Assembly: GCA_001600695.1 (NCBI GenBank)
Contig: BCKQ01000006.1
Location: 762,731 to 826,730, forward strand
DNA from: Ascoidea asiatica JCM 7603
Taxonomy: Eukaryota > Fungi > Ascomycota
Length of the DNA: 64,000 bases
Direction: 5' to 3'
Both the position numbers and the translations under genes were made by a program. A model generated the notes under the pieces. It ran no database searches. It had not been told where the DNA came from and was given only the letters and a program-made list of their open reading frames with translations. Of the stretch, positions 12,398 to 27,479 are shown in pieces; position 1 is the stretch's first letter, and each line of letters opens with the position of its first letter.

Positions 12398-14314
12398 ATG
12401 CAACTTACTTTTAAAGATATTCCAACTGTTTCTACAGCTAATGATCTTTTAGATATAGTTCTTAATAGAACTCAAAGAAAAACTCCAACTGTAATTCGTC
12501 CAGGTTTTAAAATTACAAGAATAAGAGCTTTTTATATGAGAAAAGTTAAATTCACTTCAGAAGGTTTTGTAGAAAAATTTAATGATTTACTTACTGGTTT
12601 TCCAAATATTAATGAAATTCATCCATTTCATAGAGATTTAATGGATACTTTATATGAAAAAAATCAATTTAAAATATCTTTAGCTGCAATTTCAAGAGCA
12701 AAAACTTTAATTGAACAAGTTTCAAGAGATTATGTAAGATTATTAAAATTTGGTCAATCTTTATTTCAATGTAAACAATTAAAAAGAGCTGCTTTAGGTA
12801 GAATGGCTACAATTGTTAAAAAATTAAAAGATCCTTTAATTTATTTAGAACAAGTTAGACAACATATGGGTAGATTACCTTCAATTGATCCAAATACAAG
12901 AACTTTATTAATTTGTGGTTATCCAAATGTTGGAAAATCTTCATTTTTAAGATCTATAACAAAAGCTGATGTTGATGTACAACCATATGCTTTTACAACT
13001 AAATCTTTATATGTTGGACATTTTGATTATAAATATTTAAGATTTCAAGCTATTGATACTCCTGGTATATTAGATAGACCAACTGAAGAAATGAATAATA
13101 TTGAAATGCAATCAATTTATGCTATTGCTCATTTAAGATCTTGTATATTATATTTTATGGATTTATCTGAACAATGTGGTTTTTCAATTGAAGCTCAAGT
13201 TAAATTATTTCATTCAATTAAACCATTATTTGCAAATAAATCTGTTATGGTAATAATAAATAAAACTGATATTATAAAACCAGAACATTTATCAATTGAA
13301 AATCAAAATTTATTAAATTCTGTAATTAATTCAAAAGGTGTAGATTCTATTCAAATTTCTTGTATTGAACAAGATAATGTTATGATTGCAAGAAATCAAG
13401 CTTGTGAAAAATTATTATCTGCAAGAATTGAACAAAAATTAAAAGGTACTTCTAGAGTTAATAATGTTTTAAATAAAATTAATGTTTCAATGCCTGAACA
13501 AAGAGATGATATAAAAAGAGAACCTTTTATTCCAGAAGCTGTAAAATTATTAAAAAAATATGATATTAATGATCCAAATAGAAGAAAATTAGCAAGAGAT
13601 ATAGAAGCTGAAAATGGTGGTGCTGGTGTTTATAGTAATAATTTAAAAGAAAAATATATTTTAGAAGATGAAGATTGGAAAAATGATATAATGCCAGAAA
13701 TTTTAAATGGTAAAAATGTTTATGATTTCTTAGATTCTGATATTGTTAGAAAATTAGAAGCTTTAGAAGTTGAAGAAGAAAATTTACAAAAAGAAGGTTT
13801 TTATGATTCTGATTCAGAAATTGAAGATGAAGAAATTGAAGATATTAGAGAAAAAGCAAATTGGATTAGAAATAAACAAAAAGTAATGATTAATGAATCA
13901 AGAAATAGAAAAGCTCTTAAAAATAGAGGTATTATGCCAAGATCAAAAGTTTCTAAATCTTTTTCAACAATGGTTAATCATTTAGAAGCTTTAGGTCATG
14001 ATACAACTACTTTAATTAATAAAAAAGATAATATTATTGATAATGATATGAATATGACTGGTGCTGATGTTGTAATGAGTGAAAATAAATCAAATTCAAG
14101 AAAAGTTGCTATACCTTTAAAACAAACTGATAGAAGATATGATGGTATTCCAGATGCTGCTTCAAGAACAAAGGTTGAAAGATTACATAAAATAACTAGA
14201 CGTAAATTTGCTAAAGAAGGTATGAAAGGTGATACTGATAGATTTAATACTGCTTCTTTACCAAAACATTTATATTCTGGTAAACGTGGTATTGGTAAAA
14301 CTGATTTCCGTTAA
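12398..14314 (+). CDS. NOG1: Nucleolar GTPase for 60S biogenesis
   Basis: RTQRKTPT, CGYPNVGKSS, DTPG, NKTD motifs and the C-terminal PKHLYSGKRGIGKTDFR. Confidence 0.98.
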   Translation: MQLTFKDIPTVSTANDLLDIVLNRTQRKTPTVIRPGFKITRIRAFYMRKVKFTSEGFVEKFNDLLTGFPNINEIHPFHRDLMDTLYEKNQFKISLAAISRAKTLIEQVSRDYVRLLKFGQSLFQCKQLKRAALGRMATIVKKLKDPLIYLEQVRQHMGRLPSIDPNTRTLLICGYPNVGKSSFLRSITKADVDVQPYAFTTKSLYVGHFDYKYLRFQAIDTPGILDRPTEEMNNIEMQSIYAIAHLRSCILYFMDLSEQCGFSIEAQVKLFHSIKPLFANKSVMVIINKTDIIKPEHLSIENQNLLNSVINSKGVDSIQISCIEQDNVMIARNQACEKLLSARIEQKLKGTSRVNNVLNKINVSMPEQRDDIKREPFIPEAVKLLKKYDINDPNRRKLARDIEAENGGAGVYSNNLKEKYILEDEDWKNDIMPEILNGKNVYDFLDSDIVRKLEALEVEEENLQKEGFYDSDSEIEDEEIEDIREKANWIRNKQKVMINESRNRKALKNRGIMPRSKVSKSFSTMVNHLEALGHDTTTLINKKDNIIDNDMNMTGADVVMSENKSNSRKVAIPLKQTDRRYDGIPDAASRTKVERLHKITRRKFAKEGMKGDTDRFNTASLPKHLYSGKRGIGKTDFR

Positions 14315-14692
14315 TTTAGCTTATTTTTTTCTATATTTTTATTTTATTTTCTTTCATATTTTTTGTATAAATATCGAGTTAAATTGAATAATATTTTTTT
14401 ATCTAATTTTTTTTCATCTATTGCCCAATTTAATTCAGCATTCAATTTTTTTTTAAAACATATATATTCAATATACTTAATTTTTTTTTTATTTGAAATG
14501 AAATTACATAATACAAGAACGAAAAAGATGATTATTATTTAAGAAAAACTTAAATTTGGAAAAAAAAAAAAAAATAAAAAAATAAAAAAAAAAAAAAAAT
14601 CTATAATCACCTCTATATAAAAACTAAGATGAAAAAAAAAAACTAAACAGTGTATAAAAATGTTATTATTATTATAATAATTATTATAATAA

Positions 14693-17116
<2,424 letters not shown>

Positions 17117-17197
17117 CTATCTAAATTCTTGTGAAGTATTTCTTCCAATATTTCATTAGCAGCTGCTGAGTTTAGAAAATCAGAATCAAAAAATGTA

Positions 17198-17207
17198 AAA
17201 AATTTCA
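17198..17207 (-). promoter_or_regulatory. RRPE-like element upstream of PRP43
   Basis: TGAAATTTTT on the minus strand about 140 nt upstream of the ATG; PRP43 is a ribosome-biogenesis regulon gene. Confidence 0.4.
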
Positions 17208-17393
17208 AAATCTGCAAAGTTTAAAATAAATAAAATTTATCCTGACGTTGTAGGACAAAATAGGCTTAATCCAGGATGGAATCGGTAATGGAAAATTATT
17301 TGAATGACTTTTTGAAGTATCATGTTGAACAGCGTTTGGTGAATTCGCATCCTCTTTCACTTTTTTTTACTTTGACTGTCTGTTCGGATTCTT

Positions 17394-17404
17394 GGTTCGA
17401 TTCC
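17394..17404 (+). promoter_or_regulatory. Isolated TFIIIC B-box (ETC-like site)
   Basis: GGTTCGATTCC is a perfect GGTTCGANTCC match; no tRNA cloverleaf can be built around it. Confidence 0.45.
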
Positions 17405-17589
17405 CTGCTTCGGTGGGTTTGGTGTTTTACTTTTTCTGCCTGTTTACTGAAGAAAATTATTATTTATTTACTATTTATTATTTATTTATCATGTATTTAA
17501 AAGAAAGATGATTTATTAACGTAAAGAGCATTTATTAATTAGTGAATGTCAAAAAAACATTAAGAATCAGATTAATTTATATTCATATT

Positions 17590-19715
17590 TCAATTAACAT
17601 TTATTACATTTCCATTACTTTTCATTTGATCTTGAATTAAATTATTGATCCTACGAATATTACCTAAATTATCAATGTCCACTCTATCATTATTCCAATT
17701 TTCTTTATTAACAATGTTCAATTCTGGAATATCTGACAAATAAAAATTTCCCAATTTACTTTTTAAATGAATTAATCTATCATTAACTAAATTTTCAGCT
17801 TCAATTTCATTGTCCTTTTCATTTTCATGTTCATTTTCATGTTCATTTTCATGTTCATTTTCATGTTCATTTTCATGTTCATTTTCGTCTCTGATTGTTA
17901 AATTATTTAAATATAATTTAAAATCTTCACATATTATATCTTTATTATCTTTTTCAAGTAAATCTATAATTTCAATTATAACATACCTAATATTCTCATT
18001 CATATAATTATATTTTTTCAAATAATCACTAATATAATATCTAATCAAATTTATAACAATTTCTTTATTCTCATTTCTATTCTCTTTCATATTCATATTT
18101 GAATTATTATTATTATCATTACTAATATTTTTTTCATTATTTACATTATTGTCTTCATTAAAATCATTTTCATATAATTTAAACCATTTAATACATAATC
18201 TAATCACTTTCTCATATATATTAAATTCATTATTATATATATTAATTTGAGAATTTTTTTTTTTAAATAATTTAAAAATTTCAAAACTTAAAATTAAATC
18301 ATTAAAATAATCTTTTTCTCTTCTACCAATACTTTTAAAAATTAATTCAATTATTTCATTAAATTTTTTAAAAATTAAATTTATTGGAGTAATTAAATAC
18401 CAATTTTTTATAACTTCATTAAATGAACAATGTTTTATAATTCCAGTTAATAAATTTAAATAAAATAATTCAATAACTTTTTCATTTTTAATATTATCAT
18501 TTATTTCTTTTATTAAATATTTAATATAATATATATTACTCATTTCTGGTTTTTTAAATGCTTTTTCAATATCATTATTATTATTATTATTGTTATTTAA
18601 GGTACTATTAGTATTGAAAATATTTTTATTAATAATATAATTTAAATTTTCAGAATCTTTAAAAATTATAATTTTATTTGAAATTTTTTGAAATTTATCA
18701 ATTTTATAAATATTACTTATAAATTCAATATCTTTTAAATTTATAATATAATTTTTTTTTTCAATAAAAAATTCAATAATTTTAAATAATTTTATAATTT
18801 CATTTAAATTTTCAATAATTATTTTATTTTTTTCATTTAAATTTTTAATTAAATAAATATTATTATTAATAATAAAATTAAAATTAAATTCTCTTGATAA
18901 AAAAGTTGGATTATTAATATTATTTAAATTTAAATTTGATTGTAAAATATATGAAATATAATAATTAAAAATATCATTTTTAAAATTAAATTTAAATTTA
19001 ATAAATTTACTTTTTATAATTTCTATAATTTTTAAAATATTTTCATTATCATTATATTTACTTAAAATTAATAAAATTTTTTCAAATTTATTAAGATTTA
19101 AAGATAAAAAATTTTTATTTAATAGATTATTTGAGATAAAAAATTTAATAATTTGATAATTTTCAAAAATTATTGAAAAATTTAAAATTTCAATTAAATT
19201 AATTTTATAAATTAATATATTATTTGAATTATTATTTAAAGATAATAAAATTTTTAAAATTTTTAAAATAGTTTTAAAATCTTTTTTTTTTAATGAATGT
19301 TTTAAAATTAAATTAATTTTTAATAATTTAATTAAATTTTTTTCATTATTTAAATTTGAATTATAATTATTAATTAAAAATTTAAAAGATTTAAAAAAAT
19401 GATCAATTAATTGATGATATTGATTTGTATGAATATAAGATTTTAAATAAGATTGAATTAAAATTATTTGAATTTTATAAATAATAATATTATTATTTAA
19501 AGAATTAATTTGAATATTATCTAAGAAATTATTTAATAAATTTTCAAAAATTTGTAAATTTATAAAAGAATATGAATTTAAAATAATTATTGAAGATTTT
19601 TGAATAATTGAAATTATTATACCTTTATCATTTAAATTTAAATAATTGAATTGATTTAAATAAAATTTAAAACTTTGATTTAATAATTGAAAATTTAATT
19701 GAGTAATTGAATTTA

Positions 19716-19752
<37 letters not shown>

Positions 19753-20367
19753 GTTATTAGAAGTTGAAATTAAATTATAATATTTTTGTAATTGATTTAA
19801 ACATGAAAATGAAATATTAAAAATATTTAGATTTAAAAGTATTGAATTGGAATTTAAATTATGAAAATTAATTAAAGAATTTAATTTTTTTAAAATTTTA
19901 AAAAATAAATTAAATTTAATTAAAATTAATTCATCATTTTCATTAATATTTTCAAAATTTTTAAAATTTTTAAAATCTATTAATTTAATTAAATCCGAAT
20001 TAATTTTTATTAAAGAATTATAAATAATATTTGATAATTTTAATAAATTTGAATTATATATTAAATTTGATAATTTATTAAATTTATTATTATTTTTATT
20101 AATATTTAAATTTAAATTAAAATTTTTAATATCATTAATGAAAAAAGAATCAAAATTTGAAGATGAAATGATTATTGAATCCTTTTTTAACTTTTTATTT
20201 GATTTTATATTTGATTTATATGTTATATTATTGATATTGATATTGATATTGTTATTGATAATATTATTATTATTGGAGAAATGAAATGAGATTGAATTAA
20301 AGAATCTTTTATTATTGAATAAGTATTTTGAATATAATGAGATTTGAACATTATTATAGTTTATCAT
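17590..20367 (-). CDS. Hypothetical protein, possibly a mitochondrial helical-repeat (PPR-like) factor
   Basis: 925-codon ORF, far too long for chance at this AT content. Presequence-like N-terminus (SKYLFNNKRFFNSISFHFS), N/I/K/L/F-dominated, head-to-head with ATP10. No motif recognised. Confidence 0.7.
17816..17886. repeat. 12-bp coding tandem repeat, (ENEH)n
   Basis: ttcattttcatg repeated about 5-6 times. Confidence 0.9.
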
Positions 20368-20823
20368 TCCAATTGATTCATTTCATAAGATTCATTCCAA
20401 TGAATTGATTGAAGTTATCGATTGATTGATTGATTGATTGATTCAATTGATTCTGATAATTATATATTTATTTTATATTCCAATCAGTTGAATAGTTGAA
20501 TATAAACAAATAAATAAATAAACAAATAAATAAATAAATAAATAAATAAAGTGATTATTTCCTTTAATTTCCTTTAATATTTGTAAATTCCTTTAAAATT
20601 TCAAAATTTGTATCGGCGGTTAATTTCATTGGCGCTTAATTTCTAAGCCTTCAGATCAGACCCACAGAGCTGGTTTTTGGGTTTGTTCTGTGGTGAGAGA
20701 AAACAGAAACAATCAAAGCAAGAAAGAAGAAGAAGAAGAGGAAGAAGAAGAGGAGTGATTGAAGAAAGAGTAATTGAAAGAAGACACAGAAGAAGAAGAG
20801 AAGACGAAGAAGAAGAGAAGATA

Positions 20824-21776
20824 ATGACACAGATTATTGGGATGATGGAGGTGATTCAAAGAAGGACCTTTGGAGTCAGAGCCATTGGTGGAGTGTATAA
20901 AAGATATTTATCATATACTAAAGTAAATAGATTCTTAAAGGATATTAATGAACCATTTGAAGTTAAAGAAATAATTAGACCAATTGGACAAATAAAGAAA
21001 CCAAGAGTTACAGATAATAGTATAAAATTTGATAAATATTCATCATCTAAGAGTAATGGAATATTTAATTTATCATGGTTTTCATGGTTTTATAATAAAG
21101 AAAGAGTTAAAAATGAAAGAAAAGAAATTGAAAGAGATATTTCTAAAGGTGGATTATATGATTTACAAATATTTCGTAAGACGAATGGAAAAATATTTAA
21201 ATCACCAAAATCATATTTTAAAAAGCAATTATCATTATTTTTTCCAAATTTAATTGGAGAAAATTTAAATAATGAAATTAAATCAACAACAGAATTATTT
21301 AATGGTAAAATTTCTATAATTAGAATTTATTCAACAATTATTGGAGAAGATTTATCAAAAACATATTTTAAATTTATAAATGATAAAATTAAAGAAGATG
21401 ATAATTTTTTAAATAAATTAACTTATGATGAAATTTTTTTAAATCAATATCCAAATTGTCAAATTATTGATATAAATATTCAAGATAATTTAATTAAAAA
21501 AATTTTTTTTAAAACTTTTAATAAAAAATTAATTAAAAATCAATTAAGTTTAAAAAGAATTAAGAATTATTTACTTATTGATAAAAAATTTATAAGTAAT
21601 GAAATTAAAGAAAATTTATTTTTAAAAAATTTAACAACTGGATATATTTATTTAGTTGATGAAGAATGTAGAATTAGATATCTTTGTTCTGGTTATCCAA
21701 GTGATAATGAATATAAAACATTGTGGAAAGCTGTTGAAGGTCTAGAAATTGAATTTAATTCAAAGCAACATTTGTA

Positions 21777-21777
<1 letters not shown>
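20824..21777 (+). CDS. ATP10: Mitochondrial F1Fo ATPase assembly factor
   Basis: RPIG, GKIFKSPKSYFK...LFFPNL.G, TGYIYLVDEECRIRYLCSG motifs. First ATG is at 20824; the track start at 20677 is a TTG. Confidence 0.9.
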
Positions 21778-21811
<34 letters not shown>

Positions 21812-22496
21812 GTTAATAAATAGCATTTAATTTAGTAGCTATACACCCCCTCTCAAGTGGGACTGGCGGTGACCCCGGTAAGGCCTCGGAACTGGCAATA
21901 GGGGCGAGGTGTTCTTCAGATTGTATTGGATTGTGTGGATACCATGGGGTTTATGGCACGTGCTAGTAGTTAATGCAAGTTGCTTACTTACTGCCTTGCC
22001 TTGACTGCCTTGCCTTGACTGCCTTCTCTCTCTCATAAAGCAAATAAATGGATTTCAATGGCTCTCTGCTCTCAAGATTAAATCAAATAAATATCCAAAA
22101 GAACCATTAAATTCATTAACCTCATCAGTTATTTATAACAACTACAACCTCATCTACAATTCCAATTCCAATTCCAATTCCAATTCCAATTCCAATTCAA
22201 TCTTAGTTCTTTTAGTATTTGGATTCATTATTGAATATTGTCTTACTACTATTGTTCTTATATCAATTTACTTTTATCTATTGATATTTATACCTACTGA
22301 ATATCACTTTCAATCTTAATCTCAATCTCAATATCAATATCAATTCAGTAATAGATTAGACTTATTATAAATAAAGTTATCATATTATTGTCTTATATCA
22401 ATGACAATTATTTAAATTATTCAATTCATATACATATAAATATCATTTTATAATTAAATTTCTCTTTTTTTTGCTTTTTTTTATCAATTACATAAA

Positions 22497-23866
22497 ATGT
22501 CCTCCTCATCAAATATCAATAATAATATAATTCAACAACCATTAACAAATCAAGAAAAAAAATTATATTCAAAAATTTTTAAATCTTTAGATCCTGAAAA
22601 TTTAGGTATTGTAACTGGTGAAATTGCAAGATCAACTTTTGAAAAAACTGGTTTACCTCCAGCAACTTTAGGTAGAATTTGGGCAATTGCTGATAAAGAT
22701 AATAATGGTTTTTTAACACAATTAAATTTTATAATTGCAATGAGATTAATTGCTCATGTTCAAAATGGTAAAAAATTAAATCAAAATTTATCAAACTTAG
22801 CTGGTCCATTACCTTTATTTAATGATCCTGTTTTACAATTATCAACTTCTAATAATCAAAATATTTTATCTCCTTCTGATACTGGAAATTCATTCTCAAA
22901 TCATAATCATAATCATAATCATAATCATAATATTAATATTAATTCAAGAAATAATTCAAGAAATAATTCATTTTCAAATAATTCATTACCTTTATCAAAT
23001 AATTTAAATAATAATAATAATAATAATAACATCAATTTCCCAAAAATTACTTTAGATCAAGTTAATTTATATTCAAAATTATTCTCAAAATATGTTAATA
23101 ATGATAATACCAATAATGACCCTTTAATATCTGGTTTACAAGCAAGAACTATATTCTTAAAATCAAATATTTCTATGCAAATCTTAGGTCAAATTTGGAA
23201 TATTGTTGATAAAGGTAATAAAGGTTCTTTATTAAAATCTGAATTTATTTTAGCAATGATTTTAATAACTGGTTTCATGAATGGTACTTTAAAAAATGTA
23301 CCTGATTCAATTCCATTATCAATTTGGAATCAAATTATTAATTTATTATCTCCAAATAATAATATTAATAATAATAATATTAATAATAATAATCCAATCG
23401 CAAACACTACTACTACTACTACTACCACTACTACCCCTAATATTCCAATTGACCAACAACAACAACAACAATATAATATACCAAATAATCAAATTCCTGT
23501 TTCAAATAAATCTTTTAATGAAAATTCTGAATGGATCTTAACTTCAATTCAAAAACAACAATTTCAAACAATTTTTAATACTTTAGATCAACAAAATTCA
23601 GGTTCTTTATCCCCTGATCAAGTTGCTTCTTTCTTAAGAAGTTCAAATTTATCAAAAGTTGATCTTGCTTTAATTTGGGATTTATCTGATTTAGAAAATA
23701 CTGGAATCTTTACAATCTTAGAACTTTCAATTGCTTTATTCTTAGTTCATAGAAGATTACGTGGTTTAGATTTACCAAAATCTGGTGTACCAAAATCTTT
23801 AATTGATAGTATTAAAAATCAATTCTTCAATAATAATTCAAATAATATTATTAATAATACTATCAC

Positions 23867-23905
<39 letters not shown>

Positions 23906-26900
23906 AACTATTCCAACTTTATCACTTTCTCAAACTGGTGGAAATTTTGCTTCAATTTCTAATAATAATTCAACTTCATTTATTCCAAATCATTCTCAAC
24001 AAAATTCTTTAATGTCTCCTCAACAACAAAATTCTCCACTTATTAATAATTCTCCTTCAAGTAATAATATTAATAATAATAATAATAGTTCTTCATTAAA
24101 TGATTTAGTTGATTTATTTGGTCCATCACCATCAAATCAAATCAAATCTCCAAATTCTCAAAGTCAAACTCAAACTTCTACTTCTTCTCCATTACAAAAT
24201 AATTTCTCTGGTCAACCTATTCAACAAACAATTCCATCTCAAAGAGCTCAAGTTGGAAGAAGTGCTTCTGTATTTTCACCAGTTTCTCAAAAAAAACCTG
24301 CTCCTCCAATTGCTAGATCTGCAAGTTCTTTTCAAAGATTTACTCCTTCTTCAAGTTTTGGTCAAAAATTAAAAATGCAATATACAAGTCCAGAACCTGA
24401 AAATGAAACTCCTCCATTATTATTAGAAGATAGTGAAGAAAGTGATGATGAAGAAGATAAATCAAAAAATATTGATTTTAATAGAAGAGCTCCACCTCCT
24501 CCACCATCTAATCTTCAACAAAGAATTCCAACTGGTCCAAATTATGAAGCTTTAAGAAATTTCACTGGTGGTTCAATTCTTAATCAAAATAATTCTCTTT
24601 CAAATCAAATGGAAATTTCATCTGATTTAAAAAATGCTCAAGATGAATTAAATTTACTTCAAGAAAAAAATAAATCAATTTCAAATGATTCTGTTCAAAA
24701 AAATTTAGAAATTGCAAATTTAACAAATCAAATTCATTCAGTTCAAAATCAAATTAAAGAATTACAAGATCTGAATGCAAAAGCTTCTGCTGATCTTGTT
24801 CAAATTAATGAACAAAAAAATCAATTTCAATCTGAAGCTGAAAAATATCGTTCAATATATTCTGATGAATTAAATAGAAATAATCAAATGAAATCTTTAT
24901 TAACTGATGCTCAAAAAGAAAAAAATGATTTAAATAATGAACTTATAACTTTACAAAGTAAATATAATTCAAATCAAATAGAATATCAAAATTTACAATC
25001 TGAATATAATGAAACATTAAAAGAAAGTAGTGTTTTTAAAGAACAATTAGAATCAATAACTTCTCAAAATCAAGAATTATCTAAAGAACTTGAAGAATTA
25101 AAAAAAAAATTAACTAAACAACAACAAATAAATTATGCTCAAGAAAGACAAATTGAAGTAAATCAAAGTAAAAATGATAGAATTAAAGATGATTTAAGTT
25201 CAGTTCAACATGATTTAGATAAAGAGATAAAAAAAAGTAATGATCTTAATAATGATTCTCCTGAAAAAAGTTCATCTAATAAGGGACTTATAGGAGGTGC
25301 TCTGGGAGCAGTGGTAGGTGCAGCAACTGCAGTAGGTTTATTTTCTTCAACTGAAGAAACTGGAAATACTTCTTTAGAAAATACTTCAAAAGATAGAGAT
25401 AATAAAAGTTCTGGAACATTACCAAGTTCTAATCCTTTCTTTGATATGATTAATTCTGCTAAAACTGAAGGAAATGATCCTGATCCAAATAATAGTTTTA
25501 TGGATAATTCTATATCAGCAAATGATTTTGGTTCTCAAGAACATGAAAATGAATTTGGAAATTTTCCCTCTCAAGCCGATTTTGAGAATCAATTTGCTGC
25601 TCTTGATGTTCAATCTAAAGAGGATTCTTCAGTTCCAAATGCTGGTTCAACAGTAACAAATACCACTTATCAAAATTCTTTGTCCACAGATGTCGATGAA
25701 TCTGTATCTTCTGCTACATCACCACTTAACTCTGATATTGTTGCAGCTAGAGCAAATCCAACCATTCAATTGCCATATCCTAGACCTGATTCTAGTAACT
25801 CTTCAATTCAAAATAATGCACCTATGTCAGTTCGTGATGATTTTGCAGAAACTGATACTCCTGGGCCAGGATCTCCTCCTTCAACAATTGAAAGAACTGC
25901 AAAAGCTATAGATGTTCTACCTGAGGAAAGATTCAAAAATATGAATGAACAAATGAATAGTTCATCACCCAAAAGTGACAATGCTAATTCTTCTAGTCCA
26001 AAGGCCAATATGTCTGATATGGGTTCATTTAGCAATGATTCTTATGAAATAGTTGCTCATAAAGATGCTAATGAGGAATTAGCAGATGCTAAAACTGCAG
26101 AGAGTGATTTGACAATTAAAGGTAATGAATATAATTTGAGTAGTTCTAATAATGGTTCAAGTAGTATTCCAAATAGTGGCTATCAGACAGCTCCAACAAG
26201 TACTGTTTCTGAACCAATTAAACATGGAAGTAAAGCACCTTTAAAATCTCAAGGTTTTGATGATGAATTTCCTCCAATAGAAGAAATTAATCATGACGAA
26301 TCTTCAGATTTTTCTCTGGGTGATGAAAATGACTTTAAAACTCCTACAATGGATAAATTTGAACATAGAAAAAATACAGTTTCTCAGTTGCCAAAATTAG
26401 AGGAAAATCCTAAAAAAAAATTGGATTTCAATTCAGCCTTTGATGATTTAATTCCAGCAAATGATATAAAAACTTCAGATACTACTTATAAAGAACCTTC
26501 AAGCAATTTTGATTTTAGTAATGCCTTTAGTGGAATGGGAAAAACTGCAGAAACACATGGTCAAACATCGAAATATCAAGATGAATTTGATTTTGATAAT
26601 GCTTTTGCTGATATAAAACCTGCAAAAATTGCAGAACCAGTAAATAATAATGATGATTTTGATTTTGATTCTGTATTTGCTGATATTAAGCCTACTCAAA
26701 TTGATAAATCAAATACTAATAATAATATTGCTGATGATCATAAATTTTTCTATTCTGGTCCTACTTCTGGAACAGATCTTAATAATAACCCACAGGTTCG
26801 AAGATCTGAAACTACATCAACAGAATTTTTAGATGCATTTAGTGAAATGCCAAGTGGTAGTAGTAGTAAAGATAAAGTAAAAAGTACAAATAATGATTTA

Positions 26901-27479
26901 TTTCAGGATGAATTCAGTGGTTTAGAACAAACAAAAGTTGTTAATGATGATGATGATGAGTTTGTGAGTAAATTAGATCCTATAGCCGGAAATGATTTTT
27001 CTGATTTTTCTAATAATGTTTTTTTTAGTAGATCAATGAATGATTTATCGAAAATTACAGAAAGCCAAAAACAGAATCCAAATCCAAATCCAAATCAAAA
27101 TCAAAATCAAAATCAACAAGTTGATATACCTAGTCAGAATATATCTGAACCTTTGAAAAATGATGAATGGGATCAATTATTTGCAGGTTTTGGAAATGAT
27201 CCTTCATTAGGTAATTCTAATGCTGCAATTAGTCCAATTTCAAATATACATGTTAGTGAAAACTCAATGAATAGTAATAATGGTGGATTTGCAAATTCAC
27301 TGAATACTAATCCAAATAAATCAATGGTTCCCAAAAAAATTGGTAATTCTCAAGAAAACTTAGCAGTCAGTGAATTAATTGGAATGGGATTCCCCGAAAA
27401 GGATGCAATAACTGCTTTAGATCAATTCAAAGGAGATTTAGAAGCAGCCACTAATTATTTATTGGATAAAGCAATCTAA
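22497..27479 (+). CDS. EDE1: Endocytic scaffold with three EH domains, coiled coil and C-terminal UBA
   Basis: LGRIWAIAD, LGQIWNIVD and LALIWDLSD EH cores; proline-rich region; coiled coil; NPF motif; UBA (ELIGMGFPE...LEAATNYLLD). Confidence 0.95.

Noticed and set aside
17330-17415. tRNA gene around GGTTCGATTCC
   Set aside because: The T-stem does not pair (CTTGG/CCCTG), there is no acceptor stem or A-box at the right distance, and a T8 run lies inside the would-be body
20677-20823. Arg/Glu-rich N-terminal extension of ATP10
   Set aside because: TTG start, and the peptide is just a translated (GAA)n purine-rich leader; the ATG at 20824 gives a normal presequence
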